Part shown: in pieces, positions 13,245 through 27,324 of the stretch
Layout of the letters: each line of letters starts with the position of its first letter
Position numbering within the stretch: position 1 is the first letter of the stretch
Origin: Squalus acanthias
Lineage: Eukaryota
NCBI GenBank assembly: GCA_030390025.1
Contig: CM059433.1
Coordinates: 24,244,001 to 24,308,000 of the forward strand
Direction of reading: 5' to 3'
Length of the DNA: 64,000 nucleotides
Translations under genes and position numbers: made by a program
The notes under the pieces: model-generated
Database searches by the model: none
The model's input: only the letters and a program-made list of their open reading frames with translations
Told to the model about the DNA's origin: nothing

Positions 13245-14387
13245 TCATAGAATCATAGAATGATACAGCACAGAAGGAGGCCATTCAGCCCATCGTGCCT
13301 GTACCAGCTCTTTGAATGGGCTATCCGATTAGTACCATTCCCTTGTCCTTTCCCCATAGCCATGTAAATTCTTCCTCTTCTAGTATATATTCAATTCCCT
13401 TTCGAAAGTTATTAGTGAATCTGCCTCCTTTCAGGCAGTGCATTCCAGATCATAACAACTCGCTGCGCAAACAGAATTCTCCTCATCTCGCCTCTGGTTC
13501 TTTTGCCAATTACCTTAAATCTCTGTCCTCTGGTTTCCGACCCTCCTGCCACTGGAAACAGTTTCTCCTTATTTACTCTATCAAAACCCTTCATGATTTT
13601 GAACACCTCTATTCAATCTCCCCTTAACCTTCTCTGCTCTAAGGAGAACAATCCCAGCTTCTCCAGTCTATCCAAATAACTGAAGTCCTGCATCCCTGGT
13701 ACCATTCTAGTAAATCTCCTGTGCACCCTCTCGAAGGCCCTGACATCCTTCCTAAAGTGTGGTGCCCAGAATTGGACACAATACTCCAGCTGGGGCCTAA
13801 CCAGTGAGTTATAAAGGATTAGCATAATTTCCTTGCTTTTGTACTCTATGCCTCTGTTTATAAAGCCAAGGATCCCATATGATTTTTAACAGCCTTCTCA
13901 ACTTGTCCTGCCACCTTCAAAGATCAGGGGCTGGATTTTCAATGACCCGTGGAGTCGGGTTTGGAGGCGTGTGGGGGGTAAAAGTTGCAGATTCGGGGGT
14001 CCCGACCCCATCCCGACTCCATTCCGCCTCCATGCAATTTTGACAAAATCGGTCGCGGGGTTCCCGACTCCGTCCCGCCTCCAGGAGGCGGGAGAGGCCA
14101 TTAAAGCCCTTAACAAGCCCTAAATTGGCTCTGTAATGCCATTTTGAAATGTTTTAGCTAGTTTAACCCTTTTCCGACGTGAAGTACGCCTGATGTGAAA
14201 CACGCCAGTGAAACCTGGCGGGAGCACAAGTGGATAGCTGACTATCAGCTGCAGGTCCACTATTACAATGGAGATGTGATGAAGGTAGTAGTAGTATTGT
14301 GATGTAGTAGTATTAGGTCTGAAAGTCGCCTCTGATGCTGCTGCATTGAATGTCTTCAGAGACTGCCTGGGAGGACTTGGTTGCAAA

Positions 14388-14424
<37 letters not shown>

Positions 14425-15362
14425 ATGCTGCTCATTTTGCATCCAGGTCCTCTCACAGCAAAGGCCAGGCAATCTCTGAGACCAGGCAGTCTCTGACCTG
14501 CAATGATGACATCATCAGAGGCGACTTTCAGACTGAAACCACTAATTGGTTCATGGGTTCCCACATGCTGGAACTCAATTGCCCAATTAAGTGAAAATTG
14601 CATCAATCTCCCACATCCAATTGCAGGCGGGTGGATAACACGAAATGTGGATGACACGACCCCAACCCGCCCCAGTATCAAAATCCAGCCCCAGGTCTCT
14701 CTATTCCTGCACCCCATTTAAAATTGTACTATTTAGTTTATATTGCCTCTCTTCATTCTTCCTACTAAAATGCATCACTTCACACTTCTCTGCGTTAAAT
14801 GTCATCTGCTATGTGTGTGTCCATTTCACCAGTCTGTCTATGTCTTCCTGAAGTCTGTTACTATCCTCCTCACCATTTACTACTTTTCTGAGTTTCGTGT
14901 CATCTGCAAATTTTGAAATTATGCCCTGTATACCCAAGTCCAGGTCATTAATATATATATCAAAAAGAGCAGTGGTCTTAATGCTGACCCCTGGGGAACT
15001 GTATACTTCCACTGTATACCACTGTATACTTCCCTCAAGTCTGAAAAACAACTGTTCACCACTACTCCCTGCTTTCTGTCTCTTAGCCAATTTCATATCC
15101 ATGCTGCCACTGCCCCTTTAATCCCATGGGCTTCATTTTGCTAACATGTCTATTACGTGGTACTTCATCAAATGCTTTTTGAAAGTTCATATACACATCA
15201 ACCTCACTACCTTCATCAACCTTCTCTGTTACTTCATCAAAGAACTCAATCGTGTTATTCAAACACAATTTGCCTTTAACAAATCCATGCTGGCTGTCAT
15301 TTATTAACCCATATTTTTCCAAATGACAATTAATTTGGTCCCTAATTATTGTCTCTAAAGGT
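13245..15362 (-). mobile_element. CR1 LINE fragment split by a MITE at 13928-14691
   Basis: ORF pieces LYNSLVRPQLEYCVQFWAPHFRKD, SKFADDTKL and QHGFVKGK; (catagaat)n tail at 13245. Confidence 0.88.
13928..14691. mobile_element. PIF/Harbinger-type MITE
   Basis: Perfect 12-bp TIR gggctggatttt / aaaatccagccc, 3-bp flanking duplication CAG, internal (TC)n. Confidence 0.75.
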
Positions 15363-15365
15363 TTC

Positions 15366-15813
15366 ATCCTTGTGCTTGCTGACCTACATTGGCTCCCGGT
15401 CCGGCAACGCCTCAATTTTAAAATTCTCATCCTTGTTTTCAAATCCCTCCATGGCCTCACCCCTCCCTATCTTTGTAACCTCCTCCATCCCTGCAGCCCT
15501 CTGAGATCTCGGCGCTCCTCCAATTCTGGCCTCTTGCGCATCCCCAATTTTCATTGCTCCACCACTGGCGGCCGTGCCTTCAGCTGTCTGGGGCCTAAGC
15601 TCTGGAATTCCCTCCCTAAGCCTCTTTGCCTTTCTATCTCTCTCTCCTCCTTTAAGGCGCTCCTTATAAAATCTCTATGTAAAAAATATCTACCTCATCA
15701 CCTGTCCTAATATCTCCGTATCTGGCTCAGTGTCAAGTTCTGTTTGCTAACACTCCCGTGAAGTGCCTTTGGACGTTTTATTACGTTAAAGGCGCTATAT
15801 AAATGCAAGTTGT
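15366..15813 (+). mobile_element. L2 LINE 3' end
   Basis: LADLHWLPVRQRLNFKILILVFKSLHG...; tail ggcgctatataaatgcaagttgtt. Confidence 0.85.
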
Positions 15814-16449
15814 TAGTGTTGAGTCAAACACGTTGGGGTGTCTCTTTTGGACTCATGCTGGTAATAAGATCGTACTAGAGCTAACACTACATGAAAGTGT
15901 ACTCAGACCCTTAGTTATAGAGGATGCAAGGTGGGAAACAGTGATGACTGTACATCCTAAGTACCTTCCTGTTATACTACAACTTGGTGCTGGACTCGTG
16001 TTAAAACCAGGATGGATTTTGTACCAAAATGTTGGTCAAACAGGAGCATTTGGCTCATGCTTTCTCACTAGGAGTCACTATCCAAGCTATTTGACAAATT
16101 ATCTCAAATCAATCTACAAAGTAGCCACCCCTCTTGAACTGGGCTTTGGCTGAACCTCTAGAATAGCAGAAAATAAATCTATATCAGTAACTAACAAATG
16201 GTATCTACCCAAGGGATCCATTCTGAAAGGTGGATAGAATCCTAATGAAATGCTGGTGCTGCTGAATTTTGTGGATGTAGTAACAGAAAGCTTTAGTGAA
16301 GAATATAGTGAAAAGTTTCTGTTCTTTACCAGGCAATTAGGGCAGGGGGGGTGGGGGGGGGGGGAGAAACGGCAGTTATGAGGAATGAGGGAATGTGCAA
16401 TTTCAGAAACCACCATCAAAGGGGCACAGAGCGATTGGCAAATTGTGAT

Positions 16450-17185
16450 GCATGGGTTCAACTCTACACTCTGCGATCTTGGGAGATATAACCAGAGGGA
16501 TAGAGCACAAATCCCAGGAGGTGATCATGAATCTGCGCAAGTCACTTGTATGGCCACACCTGGAGTACTGTGTACAATTCTGGTTGCTGTACAGTAAGGA
16601 TATTCAGAAAGTGGAGGCAGTGCAAAATGGGCAACCAAACTGATAGCTAGCTTAAGGCATCTGAGCGACGAGGAGCATTTAAGAGCTTGGGATTGTTTAC
16701 TCTGGAGAAGAGAAGGTTCAGGGCACATATTATTCAAGTATTCTTAAGGGAATGGATAAATTGAACCCGGATATGTTTGAGGTTGTCACGATAAGATAGA
16801 TTTTTGGACTCTAGGGGCATCAAGGGATATGGAGATCGGGCGGGAAAGTGGAGTTGAGGTCGATGATCAGCCATCATCTTATTGAATGGCGGAACAGGCT
16901 CGAGGGGCCGTATGGCCTACTCCTGCTGTTATTTCTTATGTTCTTATGAACTCTGGTACTTGGGGAATCCAGGCTTAAGCTTAGGAAAAGTGCGGAGACA
17001 GTTAGATTTAACAACTTTATGCAAAGGGTGGTGAACGTGTGGAATGAACCCACTAGGGAGACAGATAGCATGGAAACATTTAAGGAAGAATTGGATAGAT
17101 ACTTGAGGGTGTGGGCGATTGAGAGGTATTAGTTTCTGGGACAGACCAGATGGACTACAGAGTCTTTTCCGTTCCTGTACTTTCC
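16450..17185 (+). mobile_element. Old CR1 fragment with a younger CR1 tail nested at about 16795-16947
   Basis: SLVWPHLEYCVQFW motif; the nested piece ends in tttcttatgttcttatg. Confidence 0.65.
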
Positions 17186-19035
17186 TAAATGATTTAATGA
17201 GCTAGTCAGTGGTTGAATTAAAACCCAATTTGACCATCAAGTTAGAGTTCCATGTATTGTGCACCACAGAAGCATAGAAGCCTAGGTTACTTATAACTAG
17301 CTATGTACGAGGGGCATACAGAGCAATTGGGAGACATACAGAAGAATGAGGAGACAGAGGGAAGGAGAGACTTACAGACAGACTGAAAAAGAAAGAGAAA
17401 AGAGGTAGAAAGACAGAAGTATAAGACAATGAACGTGTATGAGATATAGACATATATAGGCAAACAGATGGAAAAAGGAGGGAGATGGAAAGAGTGGAAA
17501 ACGAACAGAGAGACCAAGAGGAAACATAAAAAAATGACAGAGTGAGAGACAAGCAAAGAAACAGTTACAGAAAGAGGGTTATTTTTATCTATGAGCAATG
17601 TCACAGGAGATCAATTATTTATTTCTAATTGGCTATAGTGAAAGAATATGCAGGCGGTTTGTTGGAACTAGCGGACTGAAAGCATTAGTTCGGGAATTCT
17701 CACTAACTCTTTGTCAAAGGCTGATATATATCCCACCTCCGCCCCTTGCTGGCAAGCTATAAATGGAAGCCAGGTGACACCTGGTCTCTTTAGGACCACA
17801 GGTGAGGGGGAGTTGGCCCCATGACTGCATTATGGGTATGAATACGCTAGGCTACCTGCTCCCTTCCTTATTTCTGCATAATCATTGCACGTCACAATAG
17901 TTGGTCACTAATTTACATCAATTTTACTCATCAAAGGATGTAAATAGTCACTCGTTCCAACTTTCTTCATTTAGACGTTGGGTTAGTGGACTTTGAATTC
18001 CTTTATGGGGGGCAATGGGACTTTGTGCATGGCAGAGCACCACCACTGATTGAATGTCAAAGACCTTTATTGTTTCCCAAGTACATTATAAAACATTTAA
18101 ATAAGCAGGCAGCAAACAGATAAAGGTTGTTTATCTCCAGAGTACAGTGCTGAACAGCACACGGGGGAACAACCAGTATCAATGGAAAATGTAAACTGGC
18201 ACAACACTGAGCAAAGCCAGCTGCTAGCACAGTCATGTGAGAAGGCAGCGGCAGTGTGGGTTTCACTCAGCATTCAGAAAACCAGATTGAGACAATTAAC
18301 TCAGTAAAAATACATCGAAAGTAATATAGAGTAAATGAACGGTTTTAATTTTTTAAACATGAATCGATAGAAACAGTAACAGGAGCAAAAAAGGGTTGAA
18401 ATTTCATTCTGTCTTATATTTTGGTTTCACAGTTATACTTGTATAATTTCCTGCATGTGAGGGAGTACAGGACAGAAAAAGTCATCCTGTAAAGCAAAAT
18501 GTAACATTGAAGTAACGTTTCCATAAATGGAGATAGTGGTATAAAGAAGCCAGTGTTTATATTACAGCAGGATTATTGTAAATTGTGTAAGCATATTTCA
18601 CTGCAGAGCCTGCTTTCCAACACTACAATAGGTAACACTGCTCTCTGACCTCTTAAACTGCTGTCTTTGTAAGGTTTCACTAAAGTATTTATATTTTCAC
18701 CTAAAGTTTTTTCATTTAAAAAAACCCCTAAGACAATGAGTATTGTCTAGGTTAAGACATAGATAGCTTCGAGGTCATGTGTTCCAGCATGATATATACT
18801 GCAACTATTCAGCTCTTAAATCTGTGGTTTCAGCCAATTTGCACAGCTGTTACACTCTGGTAACTAAACACAAATGTTTCTTTCTTTACACTTGCTCTGC
18901 AGTTTTTAGCCCTTTTAGCTTATTCGGCACATGCCTGCCGAACAAAACACCCAGTCATGAATCAAAAAAACTATACCCAAAGCGTAATCATTTTAAAGCA
19001 CAAGTATATTCTTTGGAAATATAATTTAACAGTTG

Positions 19036-20520
19036 ATGTAGGCTGGAAGATGGGAGGCTGGCCAGGAGAGCGTTGGAATAGTCAAGTCTAGAGGTAACAA
19101 AGGCATGGATGAGGGTCTCAGCAGCAGATGAGCTAAGGCAGAGGCGGAGTCGGGCGATGTTCCAGAGGTGGAAATAGGCGGTCTTAGTGATGGCGGGATA
19201 TGTGGTCAGAAGCTCATCTCGGGGTCAAATATGACACCAAGGTTGCGAACAGTGTGGTTCAGCCTCAGACACTTGCCAGGGAGAGGGATGGAGTCGGTGG
19301 CTAGGGAACGGAGATTGTGGTGGAGACCGAAGACAATGGCTTCGGTCTTCCCAATATTTAGTTGGAGGAAATTTCTGCTCATCCAGTACTGGATGTTGGA
19401 CAAGACAGTGGAGGGGTCGAGAGAGGTGGTGGTGAGGTTGGGTGTTGTCAGCGTACCTGTGGAACCTGACGCTGTGTTTTTGGATGATGTCGTCGAGGGG
19501 CAGCATGTAGATGAGAAACATGAGGGAGCCAAGGATAGATGTTGGAGACAGCAGAGATAACGGTGCGGGAGCGGGAAGAGAAGCCATTGGAAGTGATTCT
19601 CTGGCTACGACTGGATAGATAGGAATGGAACCAGGCGAGGGCAGGCCCACCCAGCTGGACGACAGCAGAGAGGCGTTGGAGGAGGATGGTGTGGTCAACC
19701 GTGAGACAGGTCAAGAAGGACAAGGAAGGATAGTTTACCTTTGTCACAGTCACAAAGGATGTCATTTGTGACTTTGATAAGAGCCATATCGGTACTGTGG
19801 CAGGGGGAGAAACCTAATTGGAGGGTTTCAAACATGGAGTTCTGGGAAAGATAGGCATGGATTTGGGAGGCGACAGCATGTTCCAGGACTTTGGAGAGGA
19901 AAGGGAGGTTGGAGATGGGGTGACAGTTTGCAAGGACAGAGGGGTCAAGAGTTGGTTTTTGAGGAGAGGGGTGATGACGGCATATTTGAAGAAGAGGGAG
20001 GCAGTACCTGAGGAGGGAGAACCGTTAACAATATCAGCTAACATGGGGGCCAGGAAAGGAAGTTGGGTGGTCAGCAGTTTAGTGGGAATAGGGTCGCGGG
20101 AACAGGAGGTGGGTCTCATGGACAAGATGAGCTCGGAGGAAGCGTGAGAGGAGATAGGAGAGAAACCAGAGAAAGATGTAAGTTCAGGGCTAGGGTGGGG
20201 GGAACCTTAGAGGAAGTCTGGCCCAGTAGGCTAGGGAAGGAAGGGAAGTGGCAGAGGCAGCTGATCGGATGGTCTCAATCTTAGTGACAAAGTAGTCAAT
20301 GAGCTCCTCGCACTTGTTATTGGAGGTGGAGGAGACAGGGGAGAGGGGTTTAAGAAGATGGTTTGCAGTAAAGAAAAAAAGCCGGGTGTTATCTTTATTC
20401 CAGGATGATCCTGAAATGCAGTGAGCAGTTTTAGCCGAGGAGAGCAGGACCTGATAGTGCTTAATGTGGTCCAGCCAGATCTGGCGATGAATGGCTAAAC
20501 CAGTTGTCCACGTTCAAGTC
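19036..20520 (-). mobile_element. L2 LINE internal fragment
   Basis: RT motifs [31 protein letters not shown] and SCSRDPIPTKLL; frameshifted. Confidence 0.85.
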
Positions 20521-20875
20521 TGCGTCCCTTGGATAAGTATTGAAGCCGACTGGGACTTGCAACCTGAAGTTACACGGCAGCCTATAATAGGCACTAATAA
20601 GGTTAGACATTTCTCTTCTATAGTGGCTTACATGCTAATCAGTATGTCACTGGTATCAGCTACAAAGCATGACTTGATCTCATAAAACTTTAAATGAGGG
20701 TGAATCTCTAATATAGGTGAAAGGGCAATACAGAAGATAGCTGAGTATATAGCCTCACATCATGGTATCAAGAACAGTGTTTCCAGATCTGTGAGAAGTT
20801 ATATAGCTCCCCACCAAAACAAAAATCTCTCTTGTCCCGAAAGCAGTGACTCTGTTGGGCGACATACCTCCGATA

Positions 20876-21227
20876 CTCGACAAGGTAGATGCAGAGAGGA
20901 TGTTTCTCCTCGTGGGGAATTCTAGATCTCGGGGGCACAATTTTAGAATAAAGGGCCGCCCTTTTAGAACTGAGATGAGGAGGAATTTCTTCTCTCAGAG
21001 GGTCGTAAATCTGTGGAATTCTCTGCCCCAGAGAGCCGTGGAGGCTGGGTCATTAAATACATTTAAGTTGGAGATAGACAGATTTTTGCAAGATAAGGGA
21101 GTGAAGGGTTATGGGGAGCGGGCAGGGAAGTGGCTTTGAGCCCAAGATCAGCCATGATCTTATTGAATGGCGGAGCAGGCTCGAGGGGCCAAGTGGCCTA
21201 TTCCTGCTCCTATTTCTGATGTTCTTA
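20876..21227 (+). mobile_element. CR1 LINE 3' end
   Basis: DKVDAERMF...RVVNLWNSLPQRAVEA; CR1-type 3'UTR and tail. Confidence 0.85.
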
Positions 21228-21509
21228 TGATACATCATCCAAATGGCCATACTTTACATATGAACCTGCAGTGAGTGTCATCAACAGGTAGATTGTGGGA
21301 TGGAAATCACAGCTGAACCTGATGCCAAACTCCTCAGCAACCACACAAGTGCACTTTCCACATGGGAGGTCACTGAATAACAAGCAGGAACGTAGAGCTA
21401 GCTTGGTTTTACCCCTCCCTACTCCAGGAACAATGTGACCAATTGTCATGCCTCAGTGCCCGAGATCAGAGAACAGGGTTAAGGAACCATAAGCAAAGGG
21501 AGACTTTAA

Positions 21510-24060
21510 ATGAGTTTGCATCCCAGTGGGGTCTGGTTATGAGTGGGGTGCCCCAGGGTTCAGTGCTGGGTCCCCACCTGTTTATTATATTCATTAATGA
21601 TCTGGAGGTGGCCTTACGCAACACAGTTAGTAACTTTGCAGATGATACCAAATCATGTCAGAGTCAGTAACCTAGAAAGGGGAAATAGATTGCAGATGGA
21701 TTTGGGTAGATTGGAGAAGTAGCCCAAGACTGGTAAATGTCCTTTAATATAGACAAGTGTGCAGTTATACACATAGGTACTCATAATAAGGACATGGAAT
21801 ACATTGAGTGGGTGTTGGAGTAAATATAAATAAGAGGGAAAAGATTTGGGAATGATTATTGCCCACTCCCTCAAGATTCAAGCTCAGTGTCAAGCAGCTG
21901 CAGCCAAAGGAAACGGGGCTCTGGTCTACATTGCCCAAACAATTCAAAAACTAGACCACAATAATAGGGCTATATAAGGATTCGGTACAACCTCATTTGG
22001 AGTACTATGTCTAGAACTGGTCCTCCAACTCAGGGAGGTAGAGGGATCTGGGGGTCCTTGCACATGAATCACAAAAAGTTAGCATGCAGGTACAGCAAGT
22101 AATTAGGAAGGCAAATGGAGTGTTGGCCTTTATTGCAAAGGGAATGAGTATAAAAGTAGGGAAGTCCTGTTACAGCTTTACAGGAAGTTGGTGAGACCAC
22201 ACCTGGAGTACTGCGTACAGTTTTGGTCTCCTTATTTAAGGAAGGATATACTTGCATTGGAGGCAATTCAGAGAAGGTTCATGAGGTTGATTCCGGAGAT
22301 GAAAGGGTTGTCTTATGAAGAAAGGTTGAGCAGGTTGGGCCTATACTCATTGGAGTTTAGAAGAATGAGAGGGGATCTTATTGAAACATATAAGATTCTG
22401 AAAGGGCTTGACAGGGTAGATGCAGAGAGGATGTTTCCCCTCATGGGGGAATCTAGAACTAGGGAGCATAATTTCAGAATATGGGGGCACCCATTTAAAA
22501 CGGAAATGAGGAGGAATTTCTTCTCTCAGAGGGTCGTGAATCTTTGGAATTCTCTTCCCCAGAGAGCTGTGGAGGCTGGGTCATTGAATATATTTAAGGT
22601 GGAGATAGACAGATTTTTGAATGGTAAGGGAGTCAAGGGTTATGGGGAGCGGGCAGGGAAGTGGAGTTGAGGCCAAGATCAGATCAGCTATGATCTTATT
22701 GAATGGCGGAGCAGGCTCGAGGGGCCAAATGACCCACTCCTGCTCCTACGTCTTATGTTCTTATTGTGACTCTGGAGAAGGTACAGAGAAGGACAAGAGT
22801 CATTTATGTTCTGAGATCATTGAACTATGAAGACAAACTTGAGGCCCTGGATATTGGCCTGTTGGAGAGAAGACTTAGAGGGGCTGTCATCCAGCTGTTT
22901 AAGATTACTACAGGCATGGATATTATGGGGGAAAAATTCAGTTGGTTGCGCCTCCCGTTAGCGCCTTAAGAGGGCGCTAATGGGGCGCAATGCATCTAGC
23001 GCCCGGGCGCGGCGATGTTTGCGCCGCTCGCAAAATTAACTAGACATTTTGCGGCGGCGCTAAACACTACCGCCACGATCTCCTGCGCCGGCAGATCGTG
23101 ACGTCAGTCGCGTGCGCAACGCCCGGGTGTCGCCCCAGAGCGGATATTGAGTGGCGCCCCCTGCCTTACCGCCTGCCGCTAGCAACGACAGGTTGAGGGG
23201 AGCGTTTTGCAGTCAGGAAGGGACTGGGGGAGCGCTATTTAAAGGCGACCGCTTCCTGCCTTTTATTGTTGGTGACATTTTTGAACCACGCATTCTGAGA
23301 GAGAGAGAGACTTCTGGAGAGATTCAACGCTGTGTGAAGGAGTTTTGGGTACTGAGCAGCAATTTGCAGGTTCATTTTGATTTGCCCTTCCTTGTATCGA
23401 TTTAGAAGAGATTGTGGGGGCTGCACTCTGAGCTCTTTCCCTGGTACTCTCCATTGTTCTTTCCAGCAGATTTGATGTGCAGGTCTCTCCAGGCCGAGAT
23501 TCAAGGCTGCAATGAGCAGGATGTGGATGGAAAGCAAGATCAACCCTCCCCTTTAAGAACTGGCCCGCGCCATTGTGTGTGTGTTCCATTGCTGACTGAC
23601 ATCACATGAGCTTCGCCAGCGCTCTGAGGTAGCGCCTCGCTCCTTCGCCTTTGCGCCTTAAGACAGGTGTAAAGCGCCTGATTTAGCGCTCCAATCACCT
23701 CCAGGGGCGATAAAAGTCAAGTTTGCAGTCGGTGGCGATAATTAGCGCCAGGCGTTAATCTTTGCGCCCAGCCGATATAAGCGCGCCAAATGGGGCGATA
23801 CTGAATTTCTCCCCCTATGTAAGTACATACCGCTTATGAGGTGATGAGGTCAGGAAAAAATAAGGGCCATTCAAACTGAGGAAGGAGGGGTGAGACTGGA
23901 AATTTTACTTTTCCCAGATGGTAGTCTTGTGGAACAGGATTCAGGAGGAGGTAGCGAATACTGATTCCCTACAGTCCTTCAAGAAGATCTTAGATGGATT
24001 TCTGGAAAAATGGGTGATCACACCATATGGAAGGTAACAGTAAATGGTTCTGAAAAATAG
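21510..24060 (+). mobile_element. Old CR1 fragment hosting a younger CR1 (22040-22763) and a MITE (22927-23815)
   Basis: SGVPQGSVLGP...FADDTK at about 21540-21650; the nested young copy gives ORF 22188-22670. Confidence 0.7.
22927..23815. mobile_element. GC-rich PIF/Harbinger-type MITE
   Basis: 16-bp TIR GGGGGA(A/G)AAATTCAGT with one mismatch; 3-bp TSD TAT. Confidence 0.8.
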
Positions 24061-24776
24061 CCGGTGGGTCTGGGATCTTCTGGGGCTTGCTTGATTGACT
24101 ATAGGGGATCAGGAGGATATTTCTTAACAGTTTTTTAAAACCCTGTCAGGAGATGGGGAAAGGGAATGGTTGGTGCAGCTAAAAGATGGTTGGGGGGGGG
24201 GCGGGAATGATGTATAGGCCGGATGGCCTTTTCTTTTCCTGGAGGCATAAACTTAAACATAAACCCCAGGTGGAGCAATAACCTCTCAAAGGACCACCGG
24301 AGGATTAATTTATGAAGGGATGATTCTGTGGTCTGCTGCTCCCAGAAGGGAGCTGCACTCGCAGGGAGTGCGTCACAGGAAATTATCGGCATGCAGCCTG
24401 CAATCCTCTGATCATTAAAAGGAATGCACGGGAAATCACGAGCTGCACACTGGCAGTTGTCCATCATGCGCCCACTGCAAGCACCGCTATCCACTGAGAG
24501 CACTGGCTTGCAAATTCATCCCTTTAATAAATAACTGCATGTGTATTGGGAGTACATATACGGGCGAAAAACAGCAAATCCTCTTATATGTATGAGGTTT
24601 ATCCTATTTCTTTCCAAAAGTTTAATACTGAGATCATGGTGGTTATAGTCCTGAGTCATGAAGTGAATCCCAACATCTGGACAAGGCCAGAATTCAGAAC
24701 GTCAACAAAAAAAAAAACAGATCAGGAGTTATATGAGTTATATTTAGTTTTAAAATGAAACCCATCTAGTTAATAA

Positions 24777-24907
24777 GTTCTGACAAAAGGTCATCAACCT
24801 GAAACATTTACTCTGCATCTCTCTCCACAGATGCTACCTGATCTGCTGAGTATTTCCATCATTATCTGTTTTTATTTCAGATTTCCAGCATCCGCAGTAT
24901 TTTGCTT
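24777..24907 (+). mobile_element. Solo Penelope-like terminal fragment
   Basis: Same terminal sequence as 33611-33711; 10-bp TSD tagttaataa at 24767 and 24908. Confidence 0.75.
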
Positions 24908-25104
24908 TAGTTAATAAATATCTTCTTTGAATTTCATTGTTCAATTATAAATGTAACGTAAAAGCATTCACGTTATAACTGTAGTATCAGTGCATGGCGG
25001 CTTTGCCTTTGCACCAATCCTGCAGTTAGTTTAAACACAGCCTGAATTTGTAGGTTTGGTGAGAAAATTGCCACTTGCTGTTGTTATAAGAGTCCTATAC
25101 TTGG

Positions 25105-25797
25105 CCCAAGCTGAGCTTCTGGCCTCATATCTTTGCCATCACAAAAACCACGTACTGCCATCTCCATAACATCACCTGCCTTCGCTCCTACCTCAGCCCA
25201 TCTGCTGCTGAAGTTCTCATCCATGTCTTCGGCACCTCCAGACTCAACTACTCCAATGCTCTCCTTGCTGGCACCCCAGCCGCCATACTGTAAACGTCAA
25301 CTCATCCAAAACTCTGCTGCCCTTATCCTGTCCCGCACCAAGTCCCATTCACTCATCACCACTGTCCTTCTTGACCTACATTGACTCTCGGTCCCCTAGT
25401 ACCTCAAATTTAAAATTCTCATCAATGTGTTTAAATTCTATGATTCCTTCGTGGCCTTTCCCTTCCCTATCTCTGTAAACTCCTCTAGCCCAACAGCCTC
25501 CCTCCCGAACTCGCCATTCCTCTGACTCTGGCCTCTTGTGCTTAAACCCCACCCCATCCTTCGCACCTCTATTGGTGGCCCTACTTTCAGCCGCCCGGGC
25601 CCCACGCTCTGGAATTCCCTCCCTAAACCCCTCCATTTCTACATATCCCCACCCTCCTTTAAGACCCTCTTTAAAACCCGCCACTTTGATCAAGCTCACC
25701 CCTCCTAATTCCTCCTTATTTGACTCGGCGTCCTTGTTCTGTGAAGCGCCTTGTGACATTTTTCTGCATTAACGGTGCTAGAGAAATGCAAGTTGTT
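25105..25797 (+). mobile_element. Older L2 LINE 3' fragment
   Basis: QLIQNSAALILSRTKSHSLITTVLLDLH; L2-like tail aaatgcaagttgtt. Confidence 0.7.
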
Positions 25798-25939
25798 ACT
25801 GGACCTGGAGCAGTTGGAAAGATTATTTGAAAACCTGCCCTGTGGATTATAGGTCAAGGCCCAACCTGACACCAGAACAAAGAGGAGCGAGACTCCCACT
25901 CCACTTAACTTGGAATCAGCTCAGCCCTTAATACTCCTT

Positions 25940-26700
25940 GGGGGAAAAATTCAGCTGCTTGCGCCTCCCGTTAGCGCCTTAAGAGGGCGCTAATGGGGCG
26001 TAAAGCAGCTAACGCCCGGGCGCAGCGCCGCCCACGCCTCCCGAAAAATTTAGTGGGAGGTTAGCGGCGGCGGCAGCCGGTAGCGCCCTGTGGCGCTGCG
26101 CTGCCGGCGATGACGTCATCGTCGTGCGCAGCACCCCGCTCGCGCCCCGGCCGTGATCTTCAGTCGCGCCCCCTGATTTACCGCCAGACGCTATGTCCGA
26201 CGGGTTCAGGGAGGCGTACGTGCGGCCGGGGCGGCGATATTTAAAGCGGAGGTGGCAGGCGACCATTTTTGTTGCTGGCCGCCTGCCAGCACCTGCCCCC
26301 GGCCCCCGTGAAGCCCCCCCACCGTGAAGTGCTGGCTGCGCTCCAAGAGCCCGGCACTTCTCTTGAGTGCCGGGCTCTTTTGCCGGCACTCCCGATCCCT
26401 GGGGGCCCAGCTGGGACCCGGTTCGCGCTGCGCAGGGTCCCTCCCCTTTAAGAAGGGGAGGAAGGCCTGCAATACCGCGGCGCGACGTGCCGCAGCGCAT
26501 GGCGCTGCGGCACGTAGCGCCAGGATATTCACTCGCAGCGCCCCAAGAGGGATGCGGGCTGCTTCCAGTTGCGCCCCGCTTCCCTCTTGGGGCGCAACCA
26601 CTGAAGTTCCGGCGCGGGGCCGCTAATTTTTTCGGGGCGCTAAAAGTCGCGCCCCGGCGAGGTTAGCGCCCCAAATGGGGCGCGACTCAATTTTTACCCC
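25940..26700. mobile_element. GC-rich PIF/Harbinger-type MITE, same family as 22927-23815
   Basis: TIR GGGG(G/T)AAAAATT(C/G)AG, 3-bp TSD CTT; first about 60 nt nearly identical to the 22927 copy. Confidence 0.8.
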
Positions 26701-27112
26701 CTTGTTTATCGTTGAGCCAATTTTGGCTTTGTACTGACACACGAGACAGGGAAACGCAAACTATAAAAGCTTCTGTAAGTCAGCATCATTTCTTTGTGCC
26801 AATATATAAATCATTCTGGTTTCAAAAACAATGTTTTAACATGAAGTTGACAAAACTAAGCCGATATTGTATTTCTTAAACAGCCATTTAATAAATTTAG
26901 AAGAAACTGAATTGCATTAAAGATTCTCCGGCCTACAGGAAAGCAGTAACAATGCCTGCTTAGGACTTATAATCAATAGTCCAAGCTTTCATTCAATTCT
27001 TCCAATTGCTCCAAATCCAATAAGAAGTCCAGAAAGTGCCATTTTTCCCCCACACCAAACATGTGTGTGATCCAGAAAGAGATAGATAGAAGAGGGAGGA
27101 ATAGAGATATGC

Positions 27113-27270
27113 GGGGTAATTTTCACCTTCGCTGCTTGGGCGGTAAAATGGTGAAGTGGATCACCCACCTGTAGTAGAACCCTCACGATTTTCATTTCGG
27201 GCGAGTTCTATAATGGGCGGTCGCTCTATTACACCAATTTACTGCCCAAAACAGCGAAGGTGAAAATTAC
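27113..27270. repeat. Short palindromic (fold-back) MITE-like element
   Basis: gtaattttcaccttcgctg...cagcgaaggtgaaaattac, with complementarity continuing inward. Confidence 0.65.
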
Positions 27271-27324
27271 TGAGAAATAAATTACAACGGCAGACCTCAA
27301 GGAGACACAAAAGTTGGAAACAGA

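Noticed and set aside
26009..26666. Overlapping GC-rich ORFs or a CpG island taken as a gene or as ELOVL5 exon 1
   Set aside because: They lie wholly inside a TIR/TSD-bounded MITE, downstream of the start-codon exon; high GC explains the lack of stops.
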